From Caldisericota bacterium (GTDB lineage Bacteria; Caldisericota; Caldisericia; UBA6126; JAGPKI01), in assembly GCA_052034135.1 (NCBI GenBank), contig JBPOJC010000039.1, positions 1,543-65,542 of the forward strand: a stretch of DNA of 64,000 nucleotides. Direction: 5' to 3'. The position numbers and the translations under genes are program-made. The first letter of the stretch is position 1. Each line of letters starts with the position of its first letter. Below the pieces are notes generated by a model. The model saw only the letters and a program-made list of their open reading frames with translations, had not been told where the DNA came from and searched no databases. Shown in pieces: positions 19,396 through 28,384 of this stretch.

Positions 19396-19410
19396 AGAAG
19401 AAGATGAATT

Positions 19411-20352
19411 TTAACCTTCTTCTTTATTTATACTTTCTCCTTTATCAATATTCTCATCTTTTTTAAATATTTCTGCTATTTCTGCGAGGCTTCCTAAAAT
19501 ACCGCTTGACTCATAAGGTATAAATAATTTAGAGGCTTTTCCGTCTGCTATGTTTTTTAAAGCATCTAAATATCGTATAGCAATTAAATCTTTAGTAGGA
19601 TTCCCTTGATGAATTGAATTAAAGATTTTTATAGTTGCCTCCGCTTGTCCATCTGCCTCTATAGACAATCTATACTTTTCTGCATCGGCAACTTTTCTTA
19701 TGGCTTCAGCATTACCTTCTGCTTGCAGAATAGCGGCTTGCTTTGTTCCTTCTGCTTTAAGTATCTCAGATTGTTTAATACCTTCTGCTTCTAAAATAAC
19801 GGCTCTTTTTGTTCTCTCTGCTTTCATTTGTCTGCTCATAGCTTCAGTTATATCATGAGGAGGATCAATTTTTTGAATTTCGACTCTTGTTACTTTAACT
19901 CCCCATTTATCTGTAGCTTCGTCAAGAACTTCTCTAAGTCTTTCATTAATCATTTCTCGAGAAGTTAAAGTTTGATCAAGTTCAAGGTCTCCAATTATGT
20001 TACGCAGATTCGTTTGAGCAAGTTTTACCGCAGCAAGAGTAAAATTTGATACATTATACAATACTCTAAAAGGATCTGTTACTTCGTAATAAATAACTGC
20101 GTCCACTGTAACCAATACATTATCCTTTGTAATCACTTCCTGAGGTGGAACATCAATCACACTCTCTCTCATATCAACTTTTTCAATTTTTTCTATAGCT
20201 GGTATTATAACATTCAAGCCTGACCCCAAAGTTCTTACATATTTTCCAAGCCTCTCGACAACTCCTCGCTGGTATGGACGAATAACTTTTAAGGAATTAG
20301 AGGCAAGAATAATTAGAAAAATAGCTAAAATAATCCACAGAAAAATATTCAT
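19411..20352 (-). CDS. SPFH/Band-7 (stomatin/prohibitin-like) membrane protein
   Basis: N-terminal TM segment, an SPFH domain ([16 protein letters not shown]...) and a C-terminal coiled-coil/Ala-rich region. Confidence 0.85.
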   Translation of the reverse strand: MNIFLWIILAIFLIILASNSLKVIRPYQRGVVERLGKYVRTLGSGLNVIIPAIEKIEKVDMRESVIDVPPQEVITKDNVLVTVDAVIYYEVTDPFRVLYNVSNFTLAAVKLAQTNLRNIIGDLELDQTLTSREMINERLREVLDEATDKWGVKVTRVEIQKIDPPHDITEAMSRQMKAERTKRAVILEAEGIKQSEILKAEGTKQAAILQAEGNAEAIRKVADAEKYRLSIEADGQAEATIKIFNSIHQGNPTKDLIAIRYLDALKNIADGKASKLFIPYESSGILGSLAEIAEIFKKDENIDKGESINKEEG

Positions 20353-20783
20353 TTTTCCTCCTTTTTAACAATTAATTTTGTTCCAGATATCCCTGTAATT
20401 TTGACAAGTTCACCTGCTTTAATGGGCTCGGGTTCATCAGTCACTGCTACCCATATCTCTCCTTCAATTTTTACTCTTCCAGAGAGAGAATTTTTTTCAA
20501 CATCCTTTAGAACAATAGCCTCTTTACCAATGTATTCATCAACATTTGCCTCTCTTGTAGGCAATCCCTGAACATGTTTAATAAATAGCTTGCGAACGTA
20601 AATAACAAGAAAAGCTGAAACACCTAAAAAAATTACCCACTGTAAAGTTATTGAAGCACCGAAATATGAAAAAAGACCAGCCAAAAAGGCTCCTATCCCA
20701 AAAAGAAGAACAAAAAATGTAGGGGTAAATATTTCAATTACGGTTAAAATTACTCCTAAAATGATCCAGTTAATCCATGACAT
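20349..20783 (-). CDS. NfeD-like membrane protein (short form), partner of the stomatin gene
   Basis: Two TM helices followed by an OB-fold-like C-terminus. It overlaps the downstream SPFH gene by 4 bp, the classic nfeD-stomatin operon arrangement. Confidence 0.7.
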   Translation of the reverse strand: MSWINWIILGVILTVIEIFTPTFFVLLFGIGAFLAGLFSYFGASITLQWVIFLGVSAFLVIYVRKLFIKHVQGLPTREANVDEYIGKEAIVLKDVEKNSLSGRVKIEGEIWVAVTDEPEPIKAGELVKITGISGTKLIVKKEEK

Positions 20784-21041
20784 ATATATATCCTCTCTTT
20801 CAAAAAGAAAGTTAAACCTAATTATACATTAAACATAAGAAAAGTTTAAGGAAAACACTATTCAAAAATTAATCAGACCAAAATTAATAAGTCTAACTTT
20901 AAAAAGTTTTAAGATGCGAAAATAAAACTATTATCTAAATAAGACCACCATAAATTATTAATTATTTTCAAGAAGAAAACTAACTTCTATAACAATTTTT
21001 ATAATGATTTCAGATAAATTCTAATATAAGCAGTTAAAAGT

Positions 21042-22034
21042 TTACAAATAACCTAATTGGGAAAGTATCTTTCGACATCTATCATCCCTTAAAATGTAGT
21101 CACAGAAGTAGCAAGGGTTAGAAATAGGTTCTTTAAAGAGATTTGGCTCATATTGCTCTAAATCTTCTTTGATTTTTAGGGGTCCCCTATTTTTAATAAG
21201 ACTTCCCGTAAACGGATTGTTTAAGGAATTTCTCATAATTTCTTCTAAAGAATTTTCTTTTACGTTTCCTATAATAAATTCCTTAAATCTATTTGCTACA
21301 TATCCAGTACAATGCCTTACATCCCCATTAGGCTCAACTACTACTACTTTTATCATCCCTTTGCAGGCATTCTCACCAAACCAATGATTATAGTTAGGCG
21401 TACCTAAGGAAGAGGCTTTTCCTATCAAACAGACTTCCTCTGTGTAATAAGGAATCTTACCTATTGGGCTTCTAATTTCTCCCCTATTTTCATTAATGTT
21501 ATACAATGAACCATTCAACGACTGCGCTACTTTTTCAATAAATGGAAAAGGTGAATAATTTGGTAGTTTTCTCGAATCAATTAATATAATGTCCTCTCTT
21601 TGAAAAATATCTATTGCTTCATTAATAAAATAAATCCATTTTGTAGGATCAACTCTATGAAAAGCATCTATGCTTAAATGAATTGGACCTTTAAAATTCA
21701 CTTCTTTAAGTAAGGAAAGTTTTTGTTTTAATTCTTTTATATCTTTCCACCAGTCACCATTGGTAGAGATGTCTTCTATTTTAAAGCTAAGAGAGGTTGC
21801 CTTTCTCATAATTGATAGTAGGGTATCAAAGCAAAGAAATGGCTCTCCGCCCGTAAAAGTGACAGTTTTTATTCCACAACTTAAAGCCTCTTCAATTACT
21901 TTATGTGCTAAAGATAAACTCAATTCTTCTTTTTTACGATCTACACAGCAGTGAAGGCAATTTAAATTACATTTATAAGTCGGAATTAAAGTAATTGCCT
22001 CTTCATTATAAGAAACAAAGTCTTTTTCGTTCAT
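21042..22034 (-). CDS. Radical SAM enzyme with an additional C-terminal Cys cluster (SPASM/twitch-like or other auxiliary cluster)
   Basis: CNLNCLHC (Cx3Cx2C) and the GGEPFL motif are present. The C-terminal Cys residues (CKGM...HCTGY...PCYFCDY...RC) suggest an auxiliary Fe-S cluster. Confidence 0.8.
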   Translation of the reverse strand: MNEKDFVSYNEEAITLIPTYKCNLNCLHCCVDRKKEELSLSLAHKVIEEALSCGIKTVTFTGGEPFLCFDTLLSIMRKATSLSFKIEDISTNGDWWKDIKELKQKLSLLKEVNFKGPIHLSIDAFHRVDPTKWIYFINEAIDIFQREDIILIDSRKLPNYSPFPFIEKVAQSLNGSLYNINENRGEIRSPIGKIPYYTEEVCLIGKASSLGTPNYNHWFGENACKGMIKVVVVEPNGDVRHCTGYVANRFKEFIIGNVKENSLEEIMRNSLNNPFTGSLIKNRGPLKIKEDLEQYEPNLFKEPISNPCYFCDYILRDDRCRKILSQLGYL

Positions 22035-22128
22035 TTATTTACGCTCTCAAATTTTAATTAGTGACTTGTTTTATTTTAACTTGTAGATGTCTATAATGAT
22101 GGTTTTTTGATGTTCTGAAGAAGTAAAT

Positions 22129-22194
22129 TCAATCATCCGTCATCCTTGAGGAGCATCTTTTTAAGCAGTGAAGGTACTTATCTTTTTCACTCAT
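22129..22194 (-). CDS. Candidate 21-aa Cys-containing peptide (MSEKDKYLHCLKRCSSRMTDD), translationally coupled to the upstream nuclease gene and immediately 5' of the radical SAM gene
   Basis: Its ATG lies 3 nt after the TAA of the Cas4-like ORF (TAA-AAG-ATG). It was missed by the 60-aa ORF cut-off. There is no strong SD. Confidence 0.25.
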   Translation of the reverse strand: MSEKDKYLHCLKRCSSRMTDD

Positions 22195-22197
22195 CTT

Positions 22198-22932
22198 TTA
22201 TTCTTGACAAGCTTCTATGAAATCACAGTATTGGCAAAACTCATTCTCTTTTCTTTCAAAAGAAGAACTTATTATGCTTTTTGAAACCTCTTTAATAACT
22301 TCTTCACCCTTTAAAAAATCTTCTTCATTTAATTCAATTGTCAACTTCTCATTTTTTCTTAAAAAATACCAGCTTGTTAATCTGGCAGTAAAGTTATATT
22401 TTGCCTTAAAACCGAGCGAATAAATTATTAATTGCAATCTGTCGATAAAATCAATATTGGAAGTATCTAATACATTGCCAGTCTTATAATCTATTATTTC
22501 AAATTCATCTCCTGGTAGTTTATCTATACGGTCAATCTTTCCAGCCATATTAATGCCTTCTACATTAAAATAAATCTTCTCCTCCACAGAAAATGCAGGC
22601 TTAAAAGCAAAAATATTTTTCTTATAGTAACTACACAATAACTCTTTTGCTTCAGATTTTGCCTCTTCTTCGTGTTCCTCATCCCAGAAACCTGTTCCTA
22701 TCCAATATTCATCAACAAGCGATAATAGTTCATGAAGTCTTGGAAGTTTATTAACAAATTTAATTGGATTATACATTTCTTCTAAAACTTTATGAATTGT
22801 CTCACCAAAACTATAATAATATTTTGGCTTTGTTGGAAGTTTTAATACATACTGAAAATGGTATTTCTTAGGACATTCTAAGAACGTTGAGATCTTTGAA
22901 TAGCTTAAAGTGATATTTTTTTCCATATGCAA
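22198..22932 (-). CDS. Cas4/RecB-like PD-(D/E)xK nuclease with a 4-Cys cluster (stand-alone)
   Basis: N-terminal SKISTFLECPKKYHF; the EIIDYKTG RecB motif III; C-terminal CQYCDFIEAC. No cas genes or CRISPR array are nearby. Confidence 0.7.
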   Translation of the reverse strand: MHMEKNITLSYSKISTFLECPKKYHFQYVLKLPTKPKYYYSFGETIHKVLEEMYNPIKFVNKLPRLHELLSLVDEYWIGTGFWDEEHEEEAKSEAKELLCSYYKKNIFAFKPAFSVEEKIYFNVEGINMAGKIDRIDKLPGDEFEIIDYKTGNVLDTSNIDFIDRLQLIIYSLGFKAKYNFTARLTSWYFLRKNEKLTIELNEEDFLKGEEVIKEVSKSIISSSFERKENEFCQYCDFIEACQE

Positions 22933-23483
22933 TCTACTTTTTTATAAATATTGTCTATTTTATAGCTATTATTAATTTTAAAATCCGCTCTAACGCTATC
23001 TCTTGTAATATCTTTTTGAGCTCTGATTATACGCAAAATCTTTGTAAAGGAATATCTTTTTTTCTTTAAAAGTCGCAAAAATATAACTGGTAGGAAAGAG
23101 TAAACATATATTGTATAGTCACATAATTTATTCCATCCGGCAGAAAATAAAACTGCCGCATCTATTATAACCTTATTGTTTTCTTTTGTTTTAGAAATAA
23201 TAATTTCAGTCATATAGGGCCACATAATATTTTCAAGAAGCTTCTTCTTAATTTTACTCGAAAATACAATATCACCAAGAATTTTATTATCAATATCTAT
23301 TCCGTTACTCTTAAGAATCATATCACCAAATTCTTTAAGTAATTTTTGCTTGACTTCTGGAAAACCCAATACTTTGTGCCCTGTTTCGTCCACATCGATT
23401 ACACTAAAACCATAAACTTCTTTGAATATTCTTGCTACGGTAGATTTCCCTGAACCAATAATCCCATATACTCCTATTACCAT
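22905..23483 (-). CDS. coaE: Dephospho-CoA kinase
   Basis: IGVYGIIGSGKSTVA P-loop, VIDVDETGHKV, and CoaE-like lid/C-terminal pattern; 192 aa. Confidence 0.8.
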   Translation of the reverse strand: MVIGVYGIIGSGKSTVARIFKEVYGFSVIDVDETGHKVLGFPEVKQKLLKEFGDMILKSNGIDIDNKILGDIVFSSKIKKKLLENIMWPYMTEIIISKTKENNKVIIDAAVLFSAGWNKLCDYTIYVYSFLPVIFLRLLKKKRYSFTKILRIIRAQKDITRDSVRADFKINNSYKIDNIYKKVDCIWKKISL

Positions 23484-23629
23484 TTTATACTTTTCTATAA
23501 TTCCTGCTTCCTATCTTTACTATTTTAAACTTATATTTCTTTTTTACTATATATTTAATTATTATCTGCTGTTTTATCTATTACATTATACACATGCGTA
23601 AAGGACATAACTTGTAATTTTGTTAAAGA

Positions 23630-24012
23630 AGTGAGACTCCTTCGGCACCAATAAGACACTCCCTCAGGAAGACGGGAGAGGGATGGTCATTCTGAGCGTA
23701 AGCGAAGAATCTTCGTATCTGTCATCCCCGAAATCATTTATCGGGGATCCAGACCTTATTTCTAAACATACTTCTAAACTCTCTGGATTCCCGCAATCGC
23801 TTGGAATGACATGAAAAATCGAGAGAATGACATGAAAAGATGAGACCCTTCGTCGCCGGGAAAAACGCTCTTCAGGGTGACAGAGAGGAGGTGGATAGGA
23901 TTATTTTGTCATCCCCGAATGTATTTATAAGGGATCCAAGTCTTCGTTTTTATTATTTTGTATTTAGGAGTGACCGAATTTATAGTTTTACCTCACTATA
24001 TATTATGGAAGA
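23630..24012. repeat. Copy B of the hairpin-rich intergenic repeat family, ending 77 bp upstream of tRNA-Pro
   Basis: Contains gtcattctgagcgtaagcgaagaatc, gtcATCCCCGAaatcatttaTCGGGGATccagacc, ..ctctggattccc.., gaatgaca short repeats, gacccttcgtcgc, ctcttcagggtgacagag and the terminal ..ctcactatatattatggaag. Confidence 0.6.
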
Positions 24013-24088
24013 TATAATTTTCTTCCGTATAGTTGTTTTTTGGACAAAAATGAATAATATAGTTTAGTGTTTTTATATTGAAAATAGT

Positions 24089-24165
<77 letters not shown>

Positions 24166-24796
24166 TTATTAATGTTCATTTTTATTACGTTTATCCTATC
24201 CATTTAAAGATTTCTTCATCTATGGTAAAGTAATTCATGATATTGTTCATGAATTAAAATTAAATTGAAAAAGTCTTGTAGATTTGGTATAAAATTTGAT
24301 ATATAGTGATTGATTTTATAATGATTTTAGAAGTTTATATTTAATTGGTAAGATGAAAGATTTAACCTCTGAGGTAAGTTATAGGGGATTATAATATTTG
24401 TTTATATGTGAAATATCTACTAAATAAGATTACAAACGAATATGTTTAGAGGAGAACAGTTAGCTTTATAAAAGAGGATGCAATGGCTTATCAAAAATTA
24501 ATTTTTAAACTGAAAAAGAACTTCAAGAAGCAATTCTAAATGAAAAAGAAAGAGGAGCCTCTGATTTAGAAATTGGTCAGAAATACGGAGTTACTTTTAG
24601 ATATATCGAACAGCTCATTACAAAGACTCAAGGTCTAAATATTAGCAATTTAAAAGTTTCTAAAAAAATAGAAAAACTTTATCCGAAAAAATTTAACGAG
24701 GAAAAAACCACGATCTGGAGTTTTAAGCAAAGAGGAAACTGGGCAACTCATAGTGGAGAGTATAGAGGTAATTGGTCTCATTACATACCAAGGAAT

Positions 24797-26041
24797 GTGA
24801 TTCTAAAATATTCAAAACCTGGAGAATTAGTATTAGATTATTTTTGCGGTGCTGGAACAACAGCTGTAGAGTGTAAGCTTTTAGGAAGAAAATGTGTCGC
24901 CTTAGATATTAATTATAAAGCAATTGAATTGGCAAAAAAGAATATAGATTTTAGTGTGGAACCACAGCAACAATCACTTTTTGGTCAAAAACAACATTTT
25001 GAAGTCTACGAACCAAGGCTTATTGTTGGTGATGCCAGAGACTTATCATTTATAGAAGATAATTCTATTGATTTGATTTGTGCTCATCCACCTTATGCAA
25101 ATATTATTCATTATACAGATAGAAGTGAAGGTGATTTGTCGTTTTTTGATATAGATGAATTCTTAAAGGAAATGTCCAAGGTAGCTAAAGAAAGTTTTAG
25201 GGTGTTAAAACCTGGCAGACAATGTGCTATTTTGATAGGTGATACTCGAAGCAAAAAACATGTAATCCCTTTAGGTTTCAAACTAATAGATGTTTATTTA
25301 TCTGCTGGTTTTAAGCTGAGAGAGCTAATCGTTAAACAACAACACAATTGTAAAACTACAGGTTTTTGGTATACAAATAGTATAAAATACAATTTTCTTC
25401 TGTTGGCTCATGAGTATTTACCAGTTTTCGAGAAACCAGCAATATCGATTCCTGCAGTTGCAAAAGAAGAAAACACAATAAATTATGATTTGTTTATTCC
25501 TTATTCAAAGAATCCATCGGTAAAAAGTAAATCTAACGAGCTTGAGACCACAACAGTGTGGAGTTTGCCAGAGAAGGATTTCGAGGAGCATTTAAATAGA
25601 AATGTAATTGAAAGATATTCGAACGGTAGCAAATATTCAATTATTAATTTTGTGACAAATTCTAATGAAGAAACCACCTTTTTTGATAATAAAAGAGAAA
25701 AAAACAAAGCTTTGCTTTTTATCAAATTGCCACTTTTAGACAATAATCTATCTAACTCAAATATTGAATTGTATTTGCAAAAAATAAAAGAAATTGTAAA
25801 TAATGGATTACCTACAATAATAGAAGACGGCTTTATAGTTATTCAAACTCAAGATGTAAGAATTGATGGATACGTAAAGCCTCTTGCTAAAGAATTAGTG
25901 AATGAATTAACAAATGATGATTTATGGCTAAAGGAAATAGTGATTGTTACTCAGGAAGGAGTAAATTCAAAAATACAAAATTTAGAGGAGTATTTAAAGA
26001 TAGTGCATCAATATTTACTTGTTTACGAGGTGATAAAATAA
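24797..26041 (+). CDS. DNA methyltransferase (N6-adenine/N4-cytosine amino-MTase). It carries an FxGxG-type SAM motif (DYFCGAGTT) and an (A)HPPY catalytic motif. The annotated ORF is probably only the central segment of a longer, frame-disrupted gene
   Basis: Motifs VLDYFCGAGTTAVEC and DLICAHPPYANIIHY, then ..RVLKPGRQCAILIGD.. and ..HEYLPVFEKP. The reading frame is open upstream to 24509 with HTH-like sequence (LQEAILNEKERGASDLEIGQKYGVTFRYIEQLI) and no start codon. The 3' end can be joined to ORF2 by a +1 A in an A4 run. Confidence 0.75.
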   Translation: MILKYSKPGELVLDYFCGAGTTAVECKLLGRKCVALDINYKAIELAKKNIDFSVEPQQQSLFGQKQHFEVYEPRLIVGDARDLSFIEDNSIDLICAHPPYANIIHYTDRSEGDLSFFDIDEFLKEMSKVAKESFRVLKPGRQCAILIGDTRSKKHVIPLGFKLIDVYLSAGFKLRELIVKQQHNCKTTGFWYTNSIKYNFLLLAHEYLPVFEKPAISIPAVAKEENTINYDLFIPYSKNPSVKSKSNELETTTVWSLPEKDFEEHLNRNVIERYSNGSKYSIINFVTNSNEETTFFDNKREKNKALLFIKLPLLDNNLSNSNIELYLQKIKEIVNNGLPTIIEDGFIVIQTQDVRIDGYVKPLAKELVNELTNDDLWLKEIVIVTQEGVNSKIQNLEEYLKIVHQYLLVYEVIK

Positions 26042-26055
26042 AGAAAACCTTCAGC

Positions 26056-26466
26056 TTGTTAAAAACAATCTTTTACTATTTGGAGTCTTCTTATAAAATA
26101 TGGAAAGTTAATCGTTTGCAAATAGATGACCTTGTTTATACTACTAACGAAAATGTTCGTTTTGAAGTGTATCCAGGTAAAAAGTTACAATCACCTTATG
26201 ATTTTATTGTAAAATTTAGACAACCAGGCAGACGAGCAAGAACACCAGCTCATGTTCATTTGATTGTAGAAATGTATGTTAAGCATGCTTATAATCCATC
26301 TTTAACTTTAAAATTAAGAGACCATATCTTAACAATGCTCAGTCAAATTAAACCAGTAAATACATTTCCGCCAACACTTCAGGTTTTCAAACTTGAACAT
26401 ATTGAACCATTTAAGGATTTGGATAAAGTTGGCGAATTCACAGTTGAGTTCTTGCTTTTGCAATAG
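26056..26466 (+). CDS. Hypothetical protein, or a detached C-terminal (TRD-like) segment of the methyltransferase
   Basis: ORF 25924..26466 overlaps the MTase end by 118 bp. Its first 39 aa look like out-of-frame sequence. There is no in-frame ATG; TTG at 26056 is the first plausible start, and the SD is weak. Confidence 0.35.
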   Translation: MLKTIFYYLESSYKIWKVNRLQIDDLVYTTNENVRFEVYPGKKLQSPYDFIVKFRQPGRRARTPAHVHLIVEMYVKHAYNPSLTLKLRDHILTMLSQIKPVNTFPPTLQVFKLEHIEPFKDLDKVGEFTVEFLLLQ

Positions 26467-26691
26467 AATTAGTAGTAATACGGGAGAAGACCAATTATCC
26501 AAATGGAACTGCAACTGAGAATTTGTATAAGAATTTTGGAGTTAAAGACAGATTTTCAGTAATTCAGGGAGCAGTATGGAAAGGCAGGAGATAATTTAAA
26601 GAAAACCAATCATATTGCCCAAGAGCAGTTAAAAGAAATTTATAAATGTTATAACAGTTAAAAATTAATTTATCTTAGAGGTGAATCAAAA

Positions 26692-27786
26692 ATGAAATTA
26701 ACGAATGATCAAATAACAATTCTAATTGACAAATTTATAAGCTCCGAAGATGCTAAAGTATGGATAAAACAAAGGCAGGATGATAACAAACGATGGAAAG
26801 AATGGATAGATCCCAATAAAATGAGCACTATTTCAGATGAAGAACTGAAGAATAAATTCTTAGAATATTTTAATGAGGGGGCTGGTAGACATCCATTTAA
26901 TGCTGTATATAGAGACAGAATTATAAGAGATATAAACAAATTTAGAGAAACTATAAACTTTCTTATAAATGAATCAACACCTGTTAAGGAAAGACTAAAT
27001 GAAGTGTTAAATGCTAACGGAAGATATCATATTGAAGGCATAGGTAAGGGTCTTGCTACATCTATTTTAATGGATTTAGATTCGCAAAAATATGCAACAT
27101 GGAATAATAAAACAAATATGGGTTTAGAAACTCTCGGTTTAACTCCTCAATTTACTCGTAAAGATGATTGGGGAACAAGATATGAAAAAGTTATGGATGC
27201 AATTACTTATATTAAGAGCTTGAAGTCAGAACTCAGTTTTTTAGAGGTTGACCACTTTTTGCACATAGTTTCAGCTGAAGAACAAGGGATAGAGGCAGTT
27301 AAGGCATTGGTAGAAGGCAGAGAAATATCAACTACCGTTTTCCAAACGATGGATCATATTTCTAAAGAAAGAGAAAGCATGGAATTTGTTATGGAAAAGT
27401 ATCTTGAAGAGTTTATTGAAGCGAATTTTGATAGAATAGATTTTGGAGCTAAACTTCAATTATATCAAGATGAAGAAAACACAGGTAGACAATATCCAAC
27501 ACCTATAGGCAATATTGATTTATTGGCATTTGATAAAGACAAAAAAGAGTTTGTAGTAATGGAACTAAAGAAAGGTAGAAGTAGTGATGTTGTAGTAGGT
27601 CAAATATTAAGATATATGGGTTGGGTAAAGGAAAACTTAGCTATCAGCGAAAATAATGATTACAACGTAAGGGGAATTATTATAGTCAAAGAGAAAGACG
27701 ATAAATTGGATTACGCTTTAAAATTTGTACCAAATGTAAGCTTATTTTTGTACACTATTTCTTTTGGATTGAAGATGATTAAATAA
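26692..27786 (+). CDS. Putative nuclease with an N-terminal helix-hairpin-helix region and a C-terminal NucS/DUF4263(Shedu)-like PD-(D/E)xK domain
   Basis: SD AGAGGTGA is present. HIEGIGKGLATSIL fits the HhH consensus (hxxhxGhGxxxAxxhh). The C-terminal GNIDLLAFDKDKKEFVVMELKKGRSSDVVVGQILRYMGWV matches the D..ExK nuclease core followed by the QxxRY motif of NucS-type restriction-endonuclease-like folds. Confidence 0.7.
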   Translation: MKLTNDQITILIDKFISSEDAKVWIKQRQDDNKRWKEWIDPNKMSTISDEELKNKFLEYFNEGAGRHPFNAVYRDRIIRDINKFRETINFLINESTPVKERLNEVLNANGRYHIEGIGKGLATSILMDLDSQKYATWNNKTNMGLETLGLTPQFTRKDDWGTRYEKVMDAITYIKSLKSELSFLEVDHFLHIVSAEEQGIEAVKALVEGREISTTVFQTMDHISKERESMEFVMEKYLEEFIEANFDRIDFGAKLQLYQDEENTGRQYPTPIGNIDLLAFDKDKKEFVVMELKKGRSSDVVVGQILRYMGWVKENLAISENNDYNVRGIIIVKEKDDKLDYALKFVPNVSLFLYTISFGLKMIK

Positions 27787-27815
27787 ACTGTATCATGCTA
27801 TAATTTGCCATTTGA

Positions 27816-28121
27816 CAATATCCTGCTATATTCTCGCACTCAATTGTAACTGACATTTTAAAAAATGAACTTATCTTCAAAGATATTGTTGTAACAGATG
27901 ACATATCAGATATGCCGCTATCTATGAAGGGATTAAACTTAACAGATGCAGGCATAAAGGCACTTAAAGCGGGGCATAACTTAATAATGTTTTCGCATAA
28001 TTTAGATAAAACAAGAGAAATCTTTGATGAAATCCTCTATAAAGTAAATACAGATCCAGAGTTAAAAACTATTATAGAGAACAATTATCTAAAAATCATA
28101 GCTTTTAAGGATAGAATTTAA
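27816..28121 (+). pseudogene. Remnant 3' fragment (about 100 codons) of a nagZ-like GH3 gene; diverged duplicate of the C-terminus of the gene at 5353..6465
   Basis: Translation YPAIFSHSIVTDILKNELIFKDIVVTDDISDMPLSMKGLNLTDAGIKALKAGHNLIMFSHNLDKTREI... aligns residue-for-residue with NPATFSNYIVTDNLKNKLDFDGIVVTDDLSDMPLSIQGLDLVNAGIQSLKAGHNLIMFSHNLPRTKEI... of the intact gene. It has no N-terminal part and no start. Confidence 0.7.
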
Positions 28122-28384
28122 ATTAATCTTAATCTTAATTGTTTTACCTATTATTTTGGTTGTATTAGTCTAAATAAATAAAACTAATCTTTTAAACTTA
28201 CCTTTTCTAAGTCAAATTTTTTATAAAAATACAAAAACTTTAATGACCTAAAATGAGAGTATTTTAACATTATTTATAAGCATAGGCATTCTTTAGCAAA
28301 TCGTAAACTTGAATATTTATCATTTTAATCTATACTAATTTCTGTCAAAAAGTGAAGAAGTTAAGATTTCGGAGGTGTATCAAT

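Noticed and set aside
23630-24012. Possible CRISPR array, because of recurring gtcat(t/c)c-hairpin units
   Set aside because: The units are not identical direct repeats separated by unique spacers of constant length. They are diverged hairpins of different sizes inside a larger conserved composite element, and no cas operon is present. The only Cas4-like gene is stand-alone.
24510-24518. Programmed -1 ribosomal frameshift at G_AAA_AAG joining MAYQKLIFKLKK to the HTH-MTase frame
   Set aside because: The heptamer is G AAA AAG, not the canonical X XXY YYZ (A AAA AAG). No downstream stimulatory structure is obvious. A real +1A indel or homopolymer mis-call explains both this and the 3' break more simply.
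25924-26055. Annotated 5' portion of ORF 25924..26466 overlapping the MTase by 118 bp
   Set aside because: The first 39 residues (MAKGNSDCYSGRSKFKNTKFRG...) read like out-of-frame translation of the MTase C-terminus, whose own frame is far more protein-like. The true start, if any, lies after the MTase stop.
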